DNA of 45,560 nucleotides from NCBI GenBank assembly GCA_945861645.1, contig CAMAVZ010000016.1:1-45560 (forward strand), given 5' to 3'. The position numbers and the translations under genes were made by a program. The notes below the pieces were generated by a model. That model was not told the DNA's origin and did no database searches. It was given only the letters and a program-made list of their open reading frames with translations. Positions 11,283-22,333 of this stretch are shown here, in pieces (the stretch's first letter is position 1; every line of letters begins with the position of its first letter). The DNA comes from Opitutus sp. GAS368 (GTDB taxonomy: Bacteria; Verrucomicrobiota; Verrucomicrobiia; Opitutales; Opitutaceae).

Positions 11283-13802
11283 GTGTATACCGCTAACGAA
11301 AAACTCTCCTCCGCTAACATTACCGACATCATGCAGACGGCTTACATCGAGTACTCGATGTCGGTCATCGTCTCGCGCGCCCTGCCCGATGCTCGTGATG
11401 GCCTCAAACCGGTGCAGCGGCGTATTCTCTACGCGATGTTGCGCGAAGGCCTCGTGCACAATCGGCCATTTGATAAGTGCGCCGGCGTCGTTGGAGAAGT
11501 GCTCAAGAATTACCATCCCCACGGAGATTCCTCCGTTTACGACACGCTCGTGCGTCTAGCCCAACCTTGGGTGATGCGTTATCCGCTGATCGACCCCCAA
11601 GGCAACTTTGGCTCGGTCGATGGTGATCCGCCAGCGGCTTACCGCTACACCGAAGCTCGCCTCAACGCGATTGCCGAGGAACTCCTGAAAGACATCGAGG
11701 AAGACACCGTCGATTTCGCGCCTAATTATAAAGAGTCCACCACGGAACCGACCGTGCTGCCCGCGGCTCTGCCTAATTTATTGATGAATGGCTCGACGGG
11801 CATCGCCGTCGGCATGACCACCAATATTCCGCCGCATAATCTCGGCGAAATCATCGATGCGACCTGCGCCGTCATTGATCAGCCCAGCATTTCGGTGATC
11901 GACCTCATTCGCTATATTCCCGGCCCGGATTTTCCGACTGGGGGTTTCATCAACGGCCGCGAAGGGATCAAATCCTACCTGACTACCGGTCGTGGCATTG
12001 TCCGCACCCGCGGTAAAGCCCACACCGAAGAGATGAAGAGCGGGATGGAGCAAATCGTTATCACGGAAATTCCTTATAACGTAAACCGCGCGACCCTCGT
12101 GCTGCGGATCGCCGATCTCGTGCGCGATAAGGAAATCGATGGCATTCGCGATCTTCGCGATGAATCGGATGAAAACACGCGCATCGTAATTGAACTCAAG
12201 CGGGGCGAGCAGGCCCAGATTGTGATCAATCAGCTTTACCAGAAGACCTCTCTCGAATCTTCCTTCGGCGTTATCTTGCTCGCCCTCGACAAGAAGCGGC
12301 CGAAGCAGATGAACATCAAGGAGCTCATTGAGTGCTACATCGACCATCGCCGGGATGTTATCACGCGCCGCACCCAGTTTCGCCTGCGCCAAGCCGAGGA
12401 CCGCGCGCATATCCTCGAAGGCTACATCATCGCCCTCGATAACCTTGACGATTTTGTAAAAATCATCCGCGCCTCCACCAATCGCGACGAGGCGAAAGTG
12501 CGCTTGATGGCAAAGTACCCCCTCTCCGAACGCCAGACCAACGCCATCCTTGAATTGCGCCTCTACCAACTCACGGGTCTCGAGCGCGGCAAGATTGAGG
12601 CCGAGTACCTTGAATTGATGAAATTGATTGAGGAACTCCGCGGCATCCTCGGCTCCGAGGCCCGCTTGCTCGCTTTAATCAAAAAAGAATTACTCGAGCT
12701 GCGCGATAAATACGCCTCTCCGCGCCGCACTCAAATTATCGATGATGCCGGTGAACTGCGCATGGAAGACGTCATCCCCAACGAGGGCTGCGTCATCACC
12801 GTTTCGCACCTTGGCTTTATTAAACGCACCCCCGTCGCTGAATATCGCTCCCAGAAGCGCGGCGGCAAGGGCGTTATCGGCGCCGAAACCTACGAGGAAG
12901 ATTTTGCCGAACATCTTTTTACCGCCAGCACCCACGACTATATTCTTTTCCTGACCAGTATCGGCCAATGCCATGCGAAAAAGGTTTATGATACCCCCGA
13001 GGGCACCCGCACCGCCAAAGGCAAATCCATCTCCAGCTTCCTGCGTCTGGCCGAGGGCGAAAAGATCGCGGCGATGGTTTGCGTGAAGGATTTCGCGGAG
13101 GATCGCTACCTCGTGATGGCCACTAAGAGCGGGGTTATCAAAAAGAGCTCCCTTGCTGATTACGCTAACTGCACCCGCGAAGGCGGCCTGATCGGGATTA
13201 ATTTAGCGGAAGGCGACACCGTTATCGGCACCGTACTCACCACCGGTGAAAACGAGTTGATCCTCGTCTCCCACGAAGGGCTCGCTGTTCGCTTCCGCGA
13301 ACGGGATGCAGAAACCAATGAAGAACTCTTCCGCGCGACCGGCCGAGCCACGGGGGGCGTCACTGGCATGCGCTTCAAACTCGACAGTGACTACCTCGAT
13401 GTCATCGAAGTGGTCAACCATTCCGCCAAATTCCTTGTCGCCAGCGAAGCCGGCCTCGGCGTGCGCACGCGCTTTGAGGATTATCGCCTCATTAATCGCG
13501 GCGGCACCGGGGTCTGGGCGATCGACCTACCGGAGGATGGGTCGATCAAACTCGCCGGAGCGTTGAGCATCAAAGATACCGATGAAATTATGCTGCTCAC
13601 CGCCAAGGGGCAGAGCGTCCGCTGTCCGGTCAACACGATCCGCGAAGTGAATCGTGGCGGCAAGGGCGTCCGCCTCGTCACCCTCGCCGACGGCGATAAA
13701 CTTCTGAGCATCGCCCGCATCGTCGAGACCGACGAGGAGCAAGCGGCCAATGCTGTCGCGGCCAGCGAGCCGCCCGGCGAACTGCCGCCCGCGGCGCCGT
13801 AA
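11283..13802 (+). CDS. gyrA: DNA gyrase subunit A
   Basis: [27 protein letters not shown], catalytic AAYRYTEAR, GyrA-box QKRGGKG, C-terminal pinwheel repeats; GTG start. Confidence 0.98.
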   Translation: MYTANEKLSSANITDIMQTAYIEYSMSVIVSRALPDARDGLKPVQRRILYAMLREGLVHNRPFDKCAGVVGEVLKNYHPHGDSSVYDTLVRLAQPWVMRYPLIDPQGNFGSVDGDPPAAYRYTEARLNAIAEELLKDIEEDTVDFAPNYKESTTEPTVLPAALPNLLMNGSTGIAVGMTTNIPPHNLGEIIDATCAVIDQPSISVIDLIRYIPGPDFPTGGFINGREGIKSYLTTGRGIVRTRGKAHTEEMKSGMEQIVITEIPYNVNRATLVLRIADLVRDKEIDGIRDLRDESDENTRIVIELKRGEQAQIVINQLYQKTSLESSFGVILLALDKKRPKQMNIKELIECYIDHRRDVITRRTQFRLRQAEDRAHILEGYIIALDNLDDFVKIIRASTNRDEAKVRLMAKYPLSERQTNAILELRLYQLTGLERGKIEAEYLELMKLIEELRGILGSEARLLALIKKELLELRDKYASPRRTQIIDDAGELRMEDVIPNEGCVITVSHLGFIKRTPVAEYRSQKRGGKGVIGAETYEEDFAEHLFTASTHDYILFLTSIGQCHAKKVYDTPEGTRTAKGKSISSFLRLAEGEKIAAMVCVKDFAEDRYLVMATKSGVIKKSSLADYANCTREGGLIGINLAEGDTVIGTVLTTGENELILVSHEGLAVRFRERDAETNEELFRATGRATGGVTGMRFKLDSDYLDVIEVVNHSAKFLVASEAGLGVRTRFEDYRLINRGGTGVWAIDLPEDGSIKLAGALSIKDTDEIMLLTAKGQSVRCPVNTIREVNRGGKGVRLVTLADGDKLLSIARIVETDEEQAANAVAASEPPGELPPAAP

Positions 13803-13819
13803 AATCCGCTACTCCGCCC

Positions 13820-13848
13820 AAAAAGCGCGCCCGCCCGCGCGCTTTTTT
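13820..13848 (+). terminator. Rho-independent terminator after gyrA (possibly bidirectional)
   Basis: AAAAA-GCGCGC-ccgccc-GCGCGC-TTTTTT. Confidence 0.85.
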
Positions 13849-13914
13849 GTGGCCAAAATTTTACACTCCGGCCTTGCCAAGCAATGGCCCGCGGAATTCC
13901 TTAACGCTATTCTG

Positions 13915-14403
13915 ATGCCTGTTCGCCTCTCCAGTTTACTCGATCCCACCCGCATCTTGCTCGATGTCCAGAGCACCAAACGAACGGCCGCGCTCCATGA
14001 AATCGCCGCCCTCTTAGAACCGCATCCCGATGTGGCAAATTTCCCCAGCTTCTACCAGGAGCTGCTGGCGCGCGAGCGCCTCGATACCACCTGCCTCGGT
14101 AATGAGATCGCCATCCCCCACGCCCGCACCGAACACGTCAAGCAGATCGTTATCGCCGTCGGCCGCAGCACCGCCGGCGTGCACTTTGAAAACAATAACC
14201 AGAATGTGCGGCTGCTGTTTATCCTCGGCACCCCTAAATCAAATCCGGGCGACTATCTCATGCTCGTGGGCTCACTCTGCCGCCTCGTCAAAGATGCGCC
14301 CCATCGCGAAGCCCTCTTTGCCGCCACCACGCCCGCCGCCTTTATCGCCACCGTGCAGGAGCTGGAAAATAAAATCTTGGGGCCGCTTGACCAGACGGAC
14401 TAA
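13915..14403 (+). CDS. PTS sugar transporter IIA domain protein (EIIA Ntr/Fru type)
   Basis: LLARERLDTTCLGNEIAIPHART with the phospho-accepting His. Start reassigned to ATG 13915, downstream of the gyrA terminator. Confidence 0.88.
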   Translation: MPVRLSSLLDPTRILLDVQSTKRTAALHEIAALLEPHPDVANFPSFYQELLARERLDTTCLGNEIAIPHARTEHVKQIVIAVGRSTAGVHFENNNQNVRLLFILGTPKSNPGDYLMLVGSLCRLVKDAPHREALFAATTPAAFIATVQELENKILGPLDQTD

Positions 14404-14480
14404 GCCAGCGGAATCGCCCGACGGTTACATCACCCTGGGCTTGCCTCAGCCTCGGCCCGAGCCAATCTGAACCCGTAGCT

Positions 14481-15452
14481 ATGATTCATTCCTTCGTCTT
14501 TAGTGATGGCAAATTGGTTGGCCGCGACCTCGAACTCGAGGCCTTGCGCTTGGTGCGCGGCGACAAAGGACTCATTTTATGGGTCGATCTTGATAATCCC
14601 ACCGATGAAGAAATCAAAACGATCCTCGAAGGCGTGTTTCAATTTCACCCCCTCGCCATCGAAGACTGCGTGACCCCTAGCAGTTTACCTAAAATTGAGG
14701 ATTACGAAGATTATCTTTTCCTCGTCACGCATGCCGTAGATTTTTCCCGGCAAGATAAATTCGCTTCCACCGAACTCGATCTTTTTCTCGGCAAAGAATT
14801 TCTCGTCACCTTTCACCGCACCCCGCTGCGCTCGGTCACCACCCTGATTGAGCGTTTGGCCAAGAATACCGCCCCCGGCCCACGGGGACCCGATCGCCTG
14901 GCCCATACCGTGCTCGATTTACTCGTAGATAACTACACGCCGATGCTCACCGAATTGCATGGTGAACTGGAGGAGATCGAGGAAATTGTCCTAAGCCAAG
15001 CATCCGATAAGAAACTCGTGAGCGAACTGCTTCAAGTCCGCGGCGACTTCACTAAGTTGCGGCAAATCATCCGGCCGCAGCGTGAAGTGATCGAGCGACT
15101 GGCCCGCGGTGATAGCAAAATGATCCGCGCGATTCTTTTGCCTTACTACCGAGATCTACGCGACAACCTCGCGCGCTTAGAGGAGACCGTGACCGGCTAT
15201 CATGATCGGCTCATGCTGGCTTTTGATATTTACCTTAATAAGGCCGCTTTTGAGGCGAATGAAGGTATTAAATTCCTTACGGCACTAACCGCGGTGACTT
15301 TACCGGCGGTGCTCGTCGGTGGTTGGTATGGCATGAATTTTGACCACATCCCCGAGCTGCGCTCCCCACACGGCTATTACTATGCCTGCACATTCACTTT
15401 ATTGAGTACCTTGGTGATGGCGATTTATCTGAAGAAGAAAAAATGGTTCTAA
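14481..15452 (+). CDS. corA: CorA-family magnesium/cobalt transporter
   Basis: WVDL, FHPLAIED, PKIEDY, YGMNF signature and two C-terminal TM helices. Confidence 0.93.
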   Translation: MIHSFVFSDGKLVGRDLELEALRLVRGDKGLILWVDLDNPTDEEIKTILEGVFQFHPLAIEDCVTPSSLPKIEDYEDYLFLVTHAVDFSRQDKFASTELDLFLGKEFLVTFHRTPLRSVTTLIERLAKNTAPGPRGPDRLAHTVLDLLVDNYTPMLTELHGELEEIEEIVLSQASDKKLVSELLQVRGDFTKLRQIIRPQREVIERLARGDSKMIRAILLPYYRDLRDNLARLEETVTGYHDRLMLAFDIYLNKAAFEANEGIKFLTALTAVTLPAVLVGGWYGMNFDHIPELRSPHGYYYACTFTLLSTLVMAIYLKKKKWF

Positions 15453-15508
15453 AGTTCTCCCCAGTGGCTGGCATGCTGTCCGCCTAAGTCGCCCCCCAGA
15501 CTCCCCGC

Positions 15509-15799
15509 TTGCTAGCAGATATGATTTGGCCAAGTTGCGCCGATGCACGACTTTGCCGTAACCGCTTTTTTGCGCTGACGCTTATTGTACCGGCGCCAGC
15601 CGTAGACTTCGGCGCTGATGAGAAAATGCTGCGCGCTTATGGGGCCACCGTCGCTGGCCTACTCCCCGACTCGCAGCGCTATTTCGACTACCATCACACG
15701 ACGATTGATTCGATCGATAAGGTGAATAAGCGCGAACTCAAGCTCGGGGCCGCGGCCATGGCGGCACTCGTCTACCTCGTAGATCAGCACAAACTTTAA
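15509..15799 (+). pseudogene. C-terminal remnant of an M28-family (carboxypeptidase Q-like) peptidase
   Basis: GAD....GLLPDSQRYFDYHHT..DSIDKVNKRELKLGAAAMAALVYLVD is the M28 C-terminus. The rest of the catalytic domain is absent, with only about 57 bp between the corA stop and this ORF. Confidence 0.75.
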
Positions 15800-15856
15800 G
15801 CAGCGCAGGCCGTTCCCGGATTGCGCGGGAGGGGAGCGGTCGCCAGCTTCTCGATT

Positions 15857-16651
15857 GTGTCATCGCCCATCACGCGCCGCTCACTCGGTATACCGTGCTT
15901 CAATGTTCTCGGCACCGGCGTCTCCGCCTTAGCGCTGGATGCGGCCTGTGATCGCGTGCTCACGGCGCGAGGACAGAAAAAATTGGGCTACATCTGCCAT
16001 GCGACGGCTTACGGCATTAACGTCGCCCGCCATGATCGTGCTTTCCGCGCCGCCCTTAATGGCGCCTGGCTCACCCAGCCCGACGGCATGCCGCTGGTGT
16101 GGCTCGGTCGCTGGCATGGCTATCGCGAGATCACTCGCGTTTATGGACCTGATTTAATGTTGGCGGTTTGCTCAGCCGGTCGCTCGCTTGCGCTCAGACA
16201 TTATTTCTACGGCGGCGCTCCGGGGGTAGCTGATTTATTGCGGGAAAAACTCACGGTCCGCTTTCCAGGCTTAAATATCGTGGGCCGCTTTACCCCGCCT
16301 TATCGCGAACTCACTGCCGATGAATTGGGCCACTTAAAAAGGGATGTGACCGCCGCGGCGCCGGATATTATTTGGGTGGGCCTCAGTTCGCCGCGGCAGG
16401 AAAAATTTATGGCGCAACACTGGAGCGAATTAGACGCAGGCCTCCTGATTGGGGTAGGCGCAGCTTTTGATTTTCACTCAGGCCGTGTGCCCCAAGCCCC
16501 GCGCTGGATGCAACGCACTGGCCTTGAATGGCTCTTCCGACTGAGCACTGAGCCGCGCCGACTCTGGCGCCGCTACCTCATCCAGAATCCTCTTTTTGTA
16601 CTGCGCACTCTCGCCCAACTGTCCGGGGTCAGGCGCTATCCCCTCGACTAA
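15857..16651 (+). CDS. WecB/TagA/CpsF-family (GT26) glycosyltransferase
   Basis: PDGMPLVW, RVYGPDLM, VGLSSPRQE, GVGAAFDF, APRWMQRTGLEWLFRL..EPRRLWRRY; probable GTG start at 15857. Confidence 0.92.
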   Translation: MSSPITRRSLGIPCFNVLGTGVSALALDAACDRVLTARGQKKLGYICHATAYGINVARHDRAFRAALNGAWLTQPDGMPLVWLGRWHGYREITRVYGPDLMLAVCSAGRSLALRHYFYGGAPGVADLLREKLTVRFPGLNIVGRFTPPYRELTADELGHLKRDVTAAAPDIIWVGLSSPRQEKFMAQHWSELDAGLLIGVGAAFDFHSGRVPQAPRWMQRTGLEWLFRLSTEPRRLWRRYLIQNPLFVLRTLAQLSGVRRYPLD

Positions 16652-16667
16652 TCGAGACGGGCTAGGC

Positions 16668-17333
16668 CTACCACAAATTTCCCTGCTGCAAGGCGCTCCG
16701 CTTGTCACCATCGAGCGTGCTCATCTGTAACAGCCAAGGGATCGTCGCTTCCCTAAACTCTGGCCGCGCCAAAAATGAACGCAAGAGGAGCGCGCCCCCG
16801 AGCGCATCATACAGCGCGGCGTGATATTGCTGCCGCCCCGCCGGACAATGCCTCTGCGCCAACGCATCTAATTCAGCCTGCAATCCATCGGCGACGACCA
16901 GCTCGTGAAGCTTACCGTCACCGAGGGCCGGAAAAAATTGCGGGTAAAGTCGGCCCGTATCGATCCACGGACCCCACTCGGTGGTCAGCTGCCCAGGTCG
17001 GGCAAAATCTGGCACCGTCTGCGGATAAGCCCAAACTGTTTTGAGGAGATAATTTTCCGCCTGAGCAAAATGCGCAGCCAGCGGACCACTCTGGCGCAGC
17101 CCAGAAAAATAAGCCCACTCTGCCTTAAAAATAGCCGCACTCGCCACTTGCTCGGCGCGTAAGCCGTGCACCGCCGTATCTTCAGCGCTGACGCAGCCCA
17201 CCGCGGCGCAAAAACGGGTCCGCGTGGCGGTAATCTCCCTGCCGCGTAACGTGACGACCCCAAACTCGATAATCCCCGAGGCCGCGTTGCCCTCGAAATC
17301 GATGAAATGAATTGGTTGATCGGCCCAGGTCAT
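16668..17333 (-). CDS. DEDDh-family 3'-5' exonuclease
   Basis: ExoI IDFEG, VHGL, AHFAQAE, WIDT, ExoIII HAALYDA. Confidence 0.8.
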   Translation of the reverse strand: MTWADQPIHFIDFEGNAASGIIEFGVVTLRGREITATRTRFCAAVGCVSAEDTAVHGLRAEQVASAAIFKAEWAYFSGLRQSGPLAAHFAQAENYLLKTVWAYPQTVPDFARPGQLTTEWGPWIDTGRLYPQFFPALGDGKLHELVVADGLQAELDALAQRHCPAGRQQYHAALYDALGGALLLRSFLARPEFREATIPWLLQMSTLDGDKRSALQQGNLW

Positions 17334-17367
17334 GACAAACAATCCCGGTGCGACCAGCTAACTCGCC

Positions 17368-17721
17368 TTACCGTTTGGGCTGCCACGCGGCCGTCACGAT
17401 CGAAGAAAATCCGCCTCGGGCCTTCCAGTTAGCAACGATGGTCATGCTGCGCGGCTTCAGGGCCGTCCCCAAATCATCGCAAATCTTGTTGGTCGCCGCT
17501 TCGAAAAAAATGCCCTCGTTGCGATAAGCATGAAAATAAAGCTTCAATGACTTCAGTTCGACGCAGATTTTATTGGGCACGTAACGTACTGTAATGGCCG
17601 CAAAATCAGGATGACCGGTCATCGGACACACCGAAGTGAATTCATGATGCGTGTGCTCAATGACGTAGTCACGCCGCGGCGCAGGGTTAGGAAAAGTTTC
17701 GAGAATTTTTTTATCAGGCAT
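17368..17721 (-). CDS. queF: NADPH-dependent preQ0 reductase (preQ1 synthase), unimodular type
   Basis: LETFPNP, EFTSVCPMTGHPDFA (catalytic Cys/Asp), QueF motif ELKSLKLY, ARGG. Confidence 0.95.
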   Translation of the reverse strand: MPDKKILETFPNPAPRRDYVIEHTHHEFTSVCPMTGHPDFAAITVRYVPNKICVELKSLKLYFHAYRNEGIFFEAATNKICDDLGTALKPRSMTIVANWKARGGFSSIVTAAWQPKR

Positions 17722-17810
17722 GGTAAAATAGATACTGAAAGGACGAACCGCTGAAAGGCTGAAATTTTGCCTGACGCCGTAGGCGCGGGCGGCAGGCCCA
17801 ACCTCGAGCG

Positions 17811-19394
17811 CTACGTGGCGGTCTCGACGTAACGTTGCTCACGAATGACCGTGATTTTAATCGTGCTAGGATAATCCAGCTCTTGCTCGATTTTCAGGCG
17901 CAGCGTCTTGGCTAGGGCATGCGCTTGATCATCCGTGACGATCGTAGGCTGCACCAAGACGCGCACCTCACGCCCGGCCTGAATCGCAAAAACCTGCAGC
18001 ACGCCGGGCATGGTCATTGCTAATTTTTCCAGTCGCTCGAGTCGCTCCACATAGGAAGTCATCGACTCAGCCCGCGCGCCTGGTCGCGAGGCGGAAATTG
18101 TATCGGCCAGAATCACCAACCCAGCATAAATCGTCTCAGGTTTAACTTCGGCATGATGAGCAGCGACGGCGTTAACCACAATCGCGGTTTCGCCATAACG
18201 ACGAATAAAGTCAGCCCCGATTTGCGCATGACTGCCCTCGTATTCGCCTTCAATCGACTTGCCAATATCGTGGAGTAAACCCGCCCGCTTGGCGATTTGC
18301 GGCTCAAGTCCCAGTTCCGACGCGAGCATGGCGCAGAGCTGCGCCACTTCGATGGAATGATCGAGGACGTTTTGAGTGTAGGAAAAACGAAAGCGCAACT
18401 TGCCGAGCAGCTTGATGCTCTCCGGATGCAGCCCGGAAATTTTTAATTGATCCACTGCCTCCGCCCCCATTTGGGCGATATGCAATTCCATGTCCTGCCG
18501 CGCCCGATTGACGAATTCCTCAATACTCGCGGGATGAATTCGCACATCCTTCAGCAGCGCTTCGAGCGCGAGCTTGGCGACTTCTCGCCGGACCGGATCG
18601 AACGAAGAAATGAGCACCATTTGCGGCGACTCATCGATGAGCAGGGTGGTACCAGTGGCCGCCTCGAAGGATTTGATATTCCGCCCTTCCCGCCCGATGA
18701 TGCGCCCCTTCATCTCCTCCGCGGGCAACTGCACAATGGTCGCGGTGAGATCATTATTCGGCTTGCTGACGAGGCGCTGCATCGCCGTGACCACGATGCG
18801 CTTCCCTTCTTGCGTAATTTCCTGCTCGGAACGTTCCAGCAGTTCCTTGCGCAACACACGCAGCTCCTCTTGGCATTCAAAAGTAATTTCCTCGCGCAAC
18901 TGCTTGCGAATTTCTTCGCCATCGAGTGCGGCCACGCCTTCGAGACGTTGGCGCAAGCGCTTCGATAGCAAACGCATTGCCCCGCGCGCTTGGGTGAGCG
19001 CACTCGCCTCGCGGGTGAGCCGCTCTTGACGTTGCTCTAATTGATAATCGAGCAAGCCAATGGATTCTTCATGCGTGCGAATTTCGCGAAGCATGTGTTC
19101 AATTTCAATCTTACGGCGATCGAGGTCGCGCGTAAGTTCTGACTCACGCTGCCGAATCACTTCAGCGGCCTGGCTGATGAGCTCTTGCGCGGCGACGGCC
19201 GCTTCACGCTTAGTTAGCTCGAGATGCGCCGCCGCACTCTGCGCAGATAAACGCCGCGTCTGGCGAGTGAGGAACCAGATTAAGCCCAGCCCCACTAAAA
19301 TTCCTGCAATGACAGCGACCAAAAAAGTCCCCAGCGAGAACTCCGCTCCAGCAGGCGGTGCAAGTGGCTTAAGTGCGGCGATGGCGTTCAACAT
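17811..19394 (-). CDS. rny: Ribonuclease Y
   Basis: N-terminal TM helix, coiled coil, KH domain (EMKGRIIGREGRNI), HD domain (HSIEVA...GLLHDIGK), AIQAGREVRV, IKITVIRE. Start reassigned to ATG 19394. Confidence 0.95.
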   Translation of the reverse strand: MLNAIAALKPLAPPAGAEFSLGTFLVAVIAGILVGLGLIWFLTRQTRRLSAQSAAAHLELTKREAAVAAQELISQAAEVIRQRESELTRDLDRRKIEIEHMLREIRTHEESIGLLDYQLEQRQERLTREASALTQARGAMRLLSKRLRQRLEGVAALDGEEIRKQLREEITFECQEELRVLRKELLERSEQEITQEGKRIVVTAMQRLVSKPNNDLTATIVQLPAEEMKGRIIGREGRNIKSFEAATGTTLLIDESPQMVLISSFDPVRREVAKLALEALLKDVRIHPASIEEFVNRARQDMELHIAQMGAEAVDQLKISGLHPESIKLLGKLRFRFSYTQNVLDHSIEVAQLCAMLASELGLEPQIAKRAGLLHDIGKSIEGEYEGSHAQIGADFIRRYGETAIVVNAVAAHHAEVKPETIYAGLVILADTISASRPGARAESMTSYVERLERLEKLAMTMPGVLQVFAIQAGREVRVLVQPTIVTDDQAHALAKTLRLKIEQELDYPSTIKITVIREQRYVETAT

Positions 19395-19461
19395 CAGAAG
19401 GACGGCCAAACTACGAATGAGCCACCGCTTGGCAATACCGCAAAAAGGCGACCAATTCAGG

Positions 19462-21171
19462 CTATGGGCTAGCCGTAGCCGGCAGCCCCAAGGGCAGTTG
19501 AAACGTGGCCAAAGTGCCGTCGAGCACCGCCTGCATCCGGGCGAGAGCAGCGGTTTCGCCATCAGTCGCCAGCGTTTGCACGACCACGTAAGCCCAACGA
19601 TGCGCCTGCCAATGCAAAAGTCGATCGAGGGAAGTATCGACGATGCGCTCGGTATTGGAGGCGACAATTTTATCTGAGCCCACAAACCAATAGGCCATGA
19701 GTGCGGGCACCTTGATTTTCCCACCCTGCTTCGGGCGAAATTCTCGCTCAATGGACAATAGCGTCGCTGGCACGGCCGCGTTGATGGGACTTGGCTGTTG
19801 TGCTGATGGCGACGGGATTGATGGCCAAGCAAAGGCGTGCGTTGCGCGCTGAGTAATCGTCCACCCTTGCCCCACCAGACAAATCTCAGGACGATGAATC
19901 GAAGTGCGATCACGCCCACTGAGCACGATCGAGATAAAGACCCGCTCGTTAGGCCGCTGCAGTGAGACATAATTTTTTCGTGAAAATCCCGTATCAGCCG
20001 GCAACACTTCGCGTTCGATCGCCGAAATATCGGCTGCTTGTCCCTCCCACTCAGAACCAAGATAAGCCGGCAGCGTGACCGGATTCACCCCATCAGCCGC
20101 CAGCTTGATGCCGACCCGCGGACTAACCCCCATCGCCTCCACTTGGCGCGCGACGATACTCACGGCGAGTGCCGCCACACTCACCACGCCGGCAATGATC
20201 CAAACCGAAGAGGCCGAACTAAAGTAACCGAGTGGCTTACTGCTGAGCGCAGGCGCCGCCGCCGGAGAAGTTCCCTGGCTCACGGCTGGATCACAGGATC
20301 GGGCGAGCTGGTACTTTTGCAGCAACCACACCGTCATCTGCACGAGGCCGAGTACGATGACAAAGACCCCCACGCCCATCACGCGATGGGTCATTTCGCC
20401 GGCGCCCTGTCCCCGCCAAGCAGCGGCGGCAATAATAGAAAAAATTCGCGCGACATTACCGAGGAAGGCGTAAGGAAAACAGAGCAACCCGATCAAGGCG
20501 CGCCACCACCACGAGCGGAAATTTAAATAACCCAGCAGCAGCGACAGCGCCGCGAGTGCCATCAGTGAACGCAGGCCCGAGCATGCCGCCGCCACGTCGT
20601 ATTGATAGCGGCCATCAGGCGAGAGGAGTTGCGTGCCATTGCGAATCACATCGATGTGCACGAACTGCGCGAGGTGCCACGCCGTATCGATGACGCCCAT
20701 GCGTAAATAAAATCCTACGGTATCCAGCACATTGAGCGGGATAGCGAAGAGCAGAAAAGCGAGCGGAAAGATCGCCGCCCGTCCCCAGCGGCGCCCGCCG
20801 GCCAGCGCGAGCACGCCCCACCCAAAAAGCAACAACCCCCCAATGGAAATGCGCCCCTGCTGCATAACATAGCCGAGCAGATGCAGCGCGAGCCCGGCCA
20901 GCATCACAATCATAGGCCGCCAAGCCAGGTCGCTGGCTTGGGTTATTTTACTGAGCCGCAAATTACGCGCAAACAGCCATGCGCTGATCGCCAAAATCAA
21001 CCACCCGTGTTCGCTCTCTGCCTGCGGATCGGCCCAGTGCGAAGCCCACCACCAGAAAAGCGAAGCGGTTTTGATATAGCCTTGCGCCGAATTACCAAAA
21101 AAATGAAATACGGCGAAGCCAGCCACGATACAGCCTAAGGCGGCCGTCAGCTGAGCGGTACGCCGATTCAT
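19462..21171 (-). CDS. Exosortase (EpsH family) fused to an EpsI-like periplasmic domain
   Basis: Multi-TM N-half with HG motif, [11 protein letters not shown] (Cys), NVAR (Arg) and TH (His). C-half with [22 protein letters not shown] and YWF (EpsI). Confidence 0.9.
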   Translation of the reverse strand: MNRRTAQLTAALGCIVAGFAVFHFFGNSAQGYIKTASLFWWWASHWADPQAESEHGWLILAISAWLFARNLRLSKITQASDLAWRPMIVMLAGLALHLLGYVMQQGRISIGGLLLFGWGVLALAGGRRWGRAAIFPLAFLLFAIPLNVLDTVGFYLRMGVIDTAWHLAQFVHIDVIRNGTQLLSPDGRYQYDVAAACSGLRSLMALAALSLLLGYLNFRSWWWRALIGLLCFPYAFLGNVARIFSIIAAAAWRGQGAGEMTHRVMGVGVFVIVLGLVQMTVWLLQKYQLARSCDPAVSQGTSPAAAPALSSKPLGYFSSASSVWIIAGVVSVAALAVSIVARQVEAMGVSPRVGIKLAADGVNPVTLPAYLGSEWEGQAADISAIEREVLPADTGFSRKNYVSLQRPNERVFISIVLSGRDRTSIHRPEICLVGQGWTITQRATHAFAWPSIPSPSAQQPSPINAAVPATLLSIEREFRPKQGGKIKVPALMAYWFVGSDKIVASNTERIVDTSLDRLLHWQAHRWAYVVVQTLATDGETAALARMQAVLDGTLATFQLPLGLPATASP

Positions 21172-21241
21172 TTGTTTTGCAGCTGGATTGCTCACGGTTG
21201 CCGCCCATCATCTCGGGTCCCGCCCTATTTCCAAGCCGAAG

Positions 21242-22333
21242 ATGAAGCTTCTTGTTTTAGCTCAGACTCCTCCTCCCCTGCACGGGCAAAGCGTCATGGT
21301 GCAAACCCTCGTCGAGGGCCTGCCAAGCCACGGCATCGAGGTTTACCACGTCAACCTGAGTCTGTCGCGCGCCGCCGCCGACATTGGCCGCTGGCGTCTA
21401 GGTAAACTAGCCACCGTGGTCGACGCCTGCCTCCACACGATTGTCGCGCGTTTCACCCAAGGCTGCGATACTTTGTATTATGTACCGGCCCCTGGTAAGC
21501 GGGGGGCCCTTTATCGCGACTGGGTGATTATGCTACTTTGTCGGCCCTTCTTTAAAAAACTTGTACTGCACTGGCACGCCGCTGGGCTGAGCGGCTGGTT
21601 AGCGACTCAGGCCAATTACCTCGAACGCCGCTGCACGCACTGGCTGCTGGGCCACGCCGATCTCGCCTTAGTGCTGAGTGAAAACTTGCGCGCCGATGCG
21701 GAAGCGCTCAGCCCGAAAAATATCGCGGTCGTGCCCAACGGCATCCCCGATCCAGCTCCTGGTGAGCGCTCGGCCCGATCCGGCAACCCGTTCCTGGTTT
21801 TATTTATCGGCCTGTGCAGCGAGGAGAAGGGGCTCTTTGCCACGGCTGAGGCCGTGCTCGCGGCCAATCGCGCGATGCAGGGACCAGTAGCTGAACCGAA
21901 ATTCACCCTAATCGCCGCGGGGGCGTTTCCCGATAGTGCGACCAGCGCGCGATTCCGCGCTCTATGCGCGCAACATGCCGATTGTCTCGGCTACGCTGGC
22001 TTAGTCCATGGCGCAGAGAAAGCTCGCTGGCTACGCACGAGCCACTGCTTGTGCCTACCCACTTACTATCGACCCGAGGGTCAACCCCTCGTGCTCCTCG
22101 AAGCCCTGGCCTACGATCTTCCGATCATCGCGACGCGCTGGGGCGCGATACCCGACATGCTGCCCCCGGCAGCAATTCTAGTGGAACCGGGCGACGCGCA
22201 TGAGTTGACCCAAGCCTTGATTAAACTTCGAAAGGCGCCTCCGGCATCCGGCATTTTACGCCGACACTTCCTTGCCTATTACACTGAAAAAAAACATCTC
22301 GCCGCGCTGGCGGCTGCTCTCACCGACACGTGA
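21242..22333 (+). CDS. Glycosyltransferase family 4
   Basis: PPPLHGQS N-terminus, VVPNGIP, EEKG, EGQPLVLLEALAYDLPIIATRWGAIPD. Confidence 0.9.
   Translation: MKLLVLAQTPPPLHGQSVMVQTLVEGLPSHGIEVYHVNLSLSRAAADIGRWRLGKLATVVDACLHTIVARFTQGCDTLYYVPAPGKRGALYRDWVIMLLCRPFFKKLVLHWHAAGLSGWLATQANYLERRCTHWLLGHADLALVLSENLRADAEALSPKNIAVVPNGIPDPAPGERSARSGNPFLVLFIGLCSEEKGLFATAEAVLAANRAMQGPVAEPKFTLIAAGAFPDSATSARFRALCAQHADCLGYAGLVHGAEKARWLRTSHCLCLPTYYRPEGQPLVLLEALAYDLPIIATRWGAIPDMLPPAAILVEPGDAHELTQALIKLRKAPPASGILRRHFLAYYTEKKHLAALAAALTDT

Noticed and set aside
11520..11545. GyrA quinolone-resistance region
   Set aside because: HGDSSVYD retains the wild-type Ser83/Asp87-equivalent residues.
13750..13914. N-terminal extension of the PTS IIA ORF; similarly for AddA (3897-3965), the second M16 subunit (41247-41399) and the TBDR (44946-45116)
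   Set aside because: The extensions overlap upstream genes, terminators or the riboswitch, and better starts lie downstream.
19395..20060. 222-codon open extension upstream of rny overlapping the EpsI domain, suggesting a frameshift fusion
   Set aside because: The extension has non-protein-like composition, RNase Y's TM anchor must be N-terminal, and no slippery site was identified.
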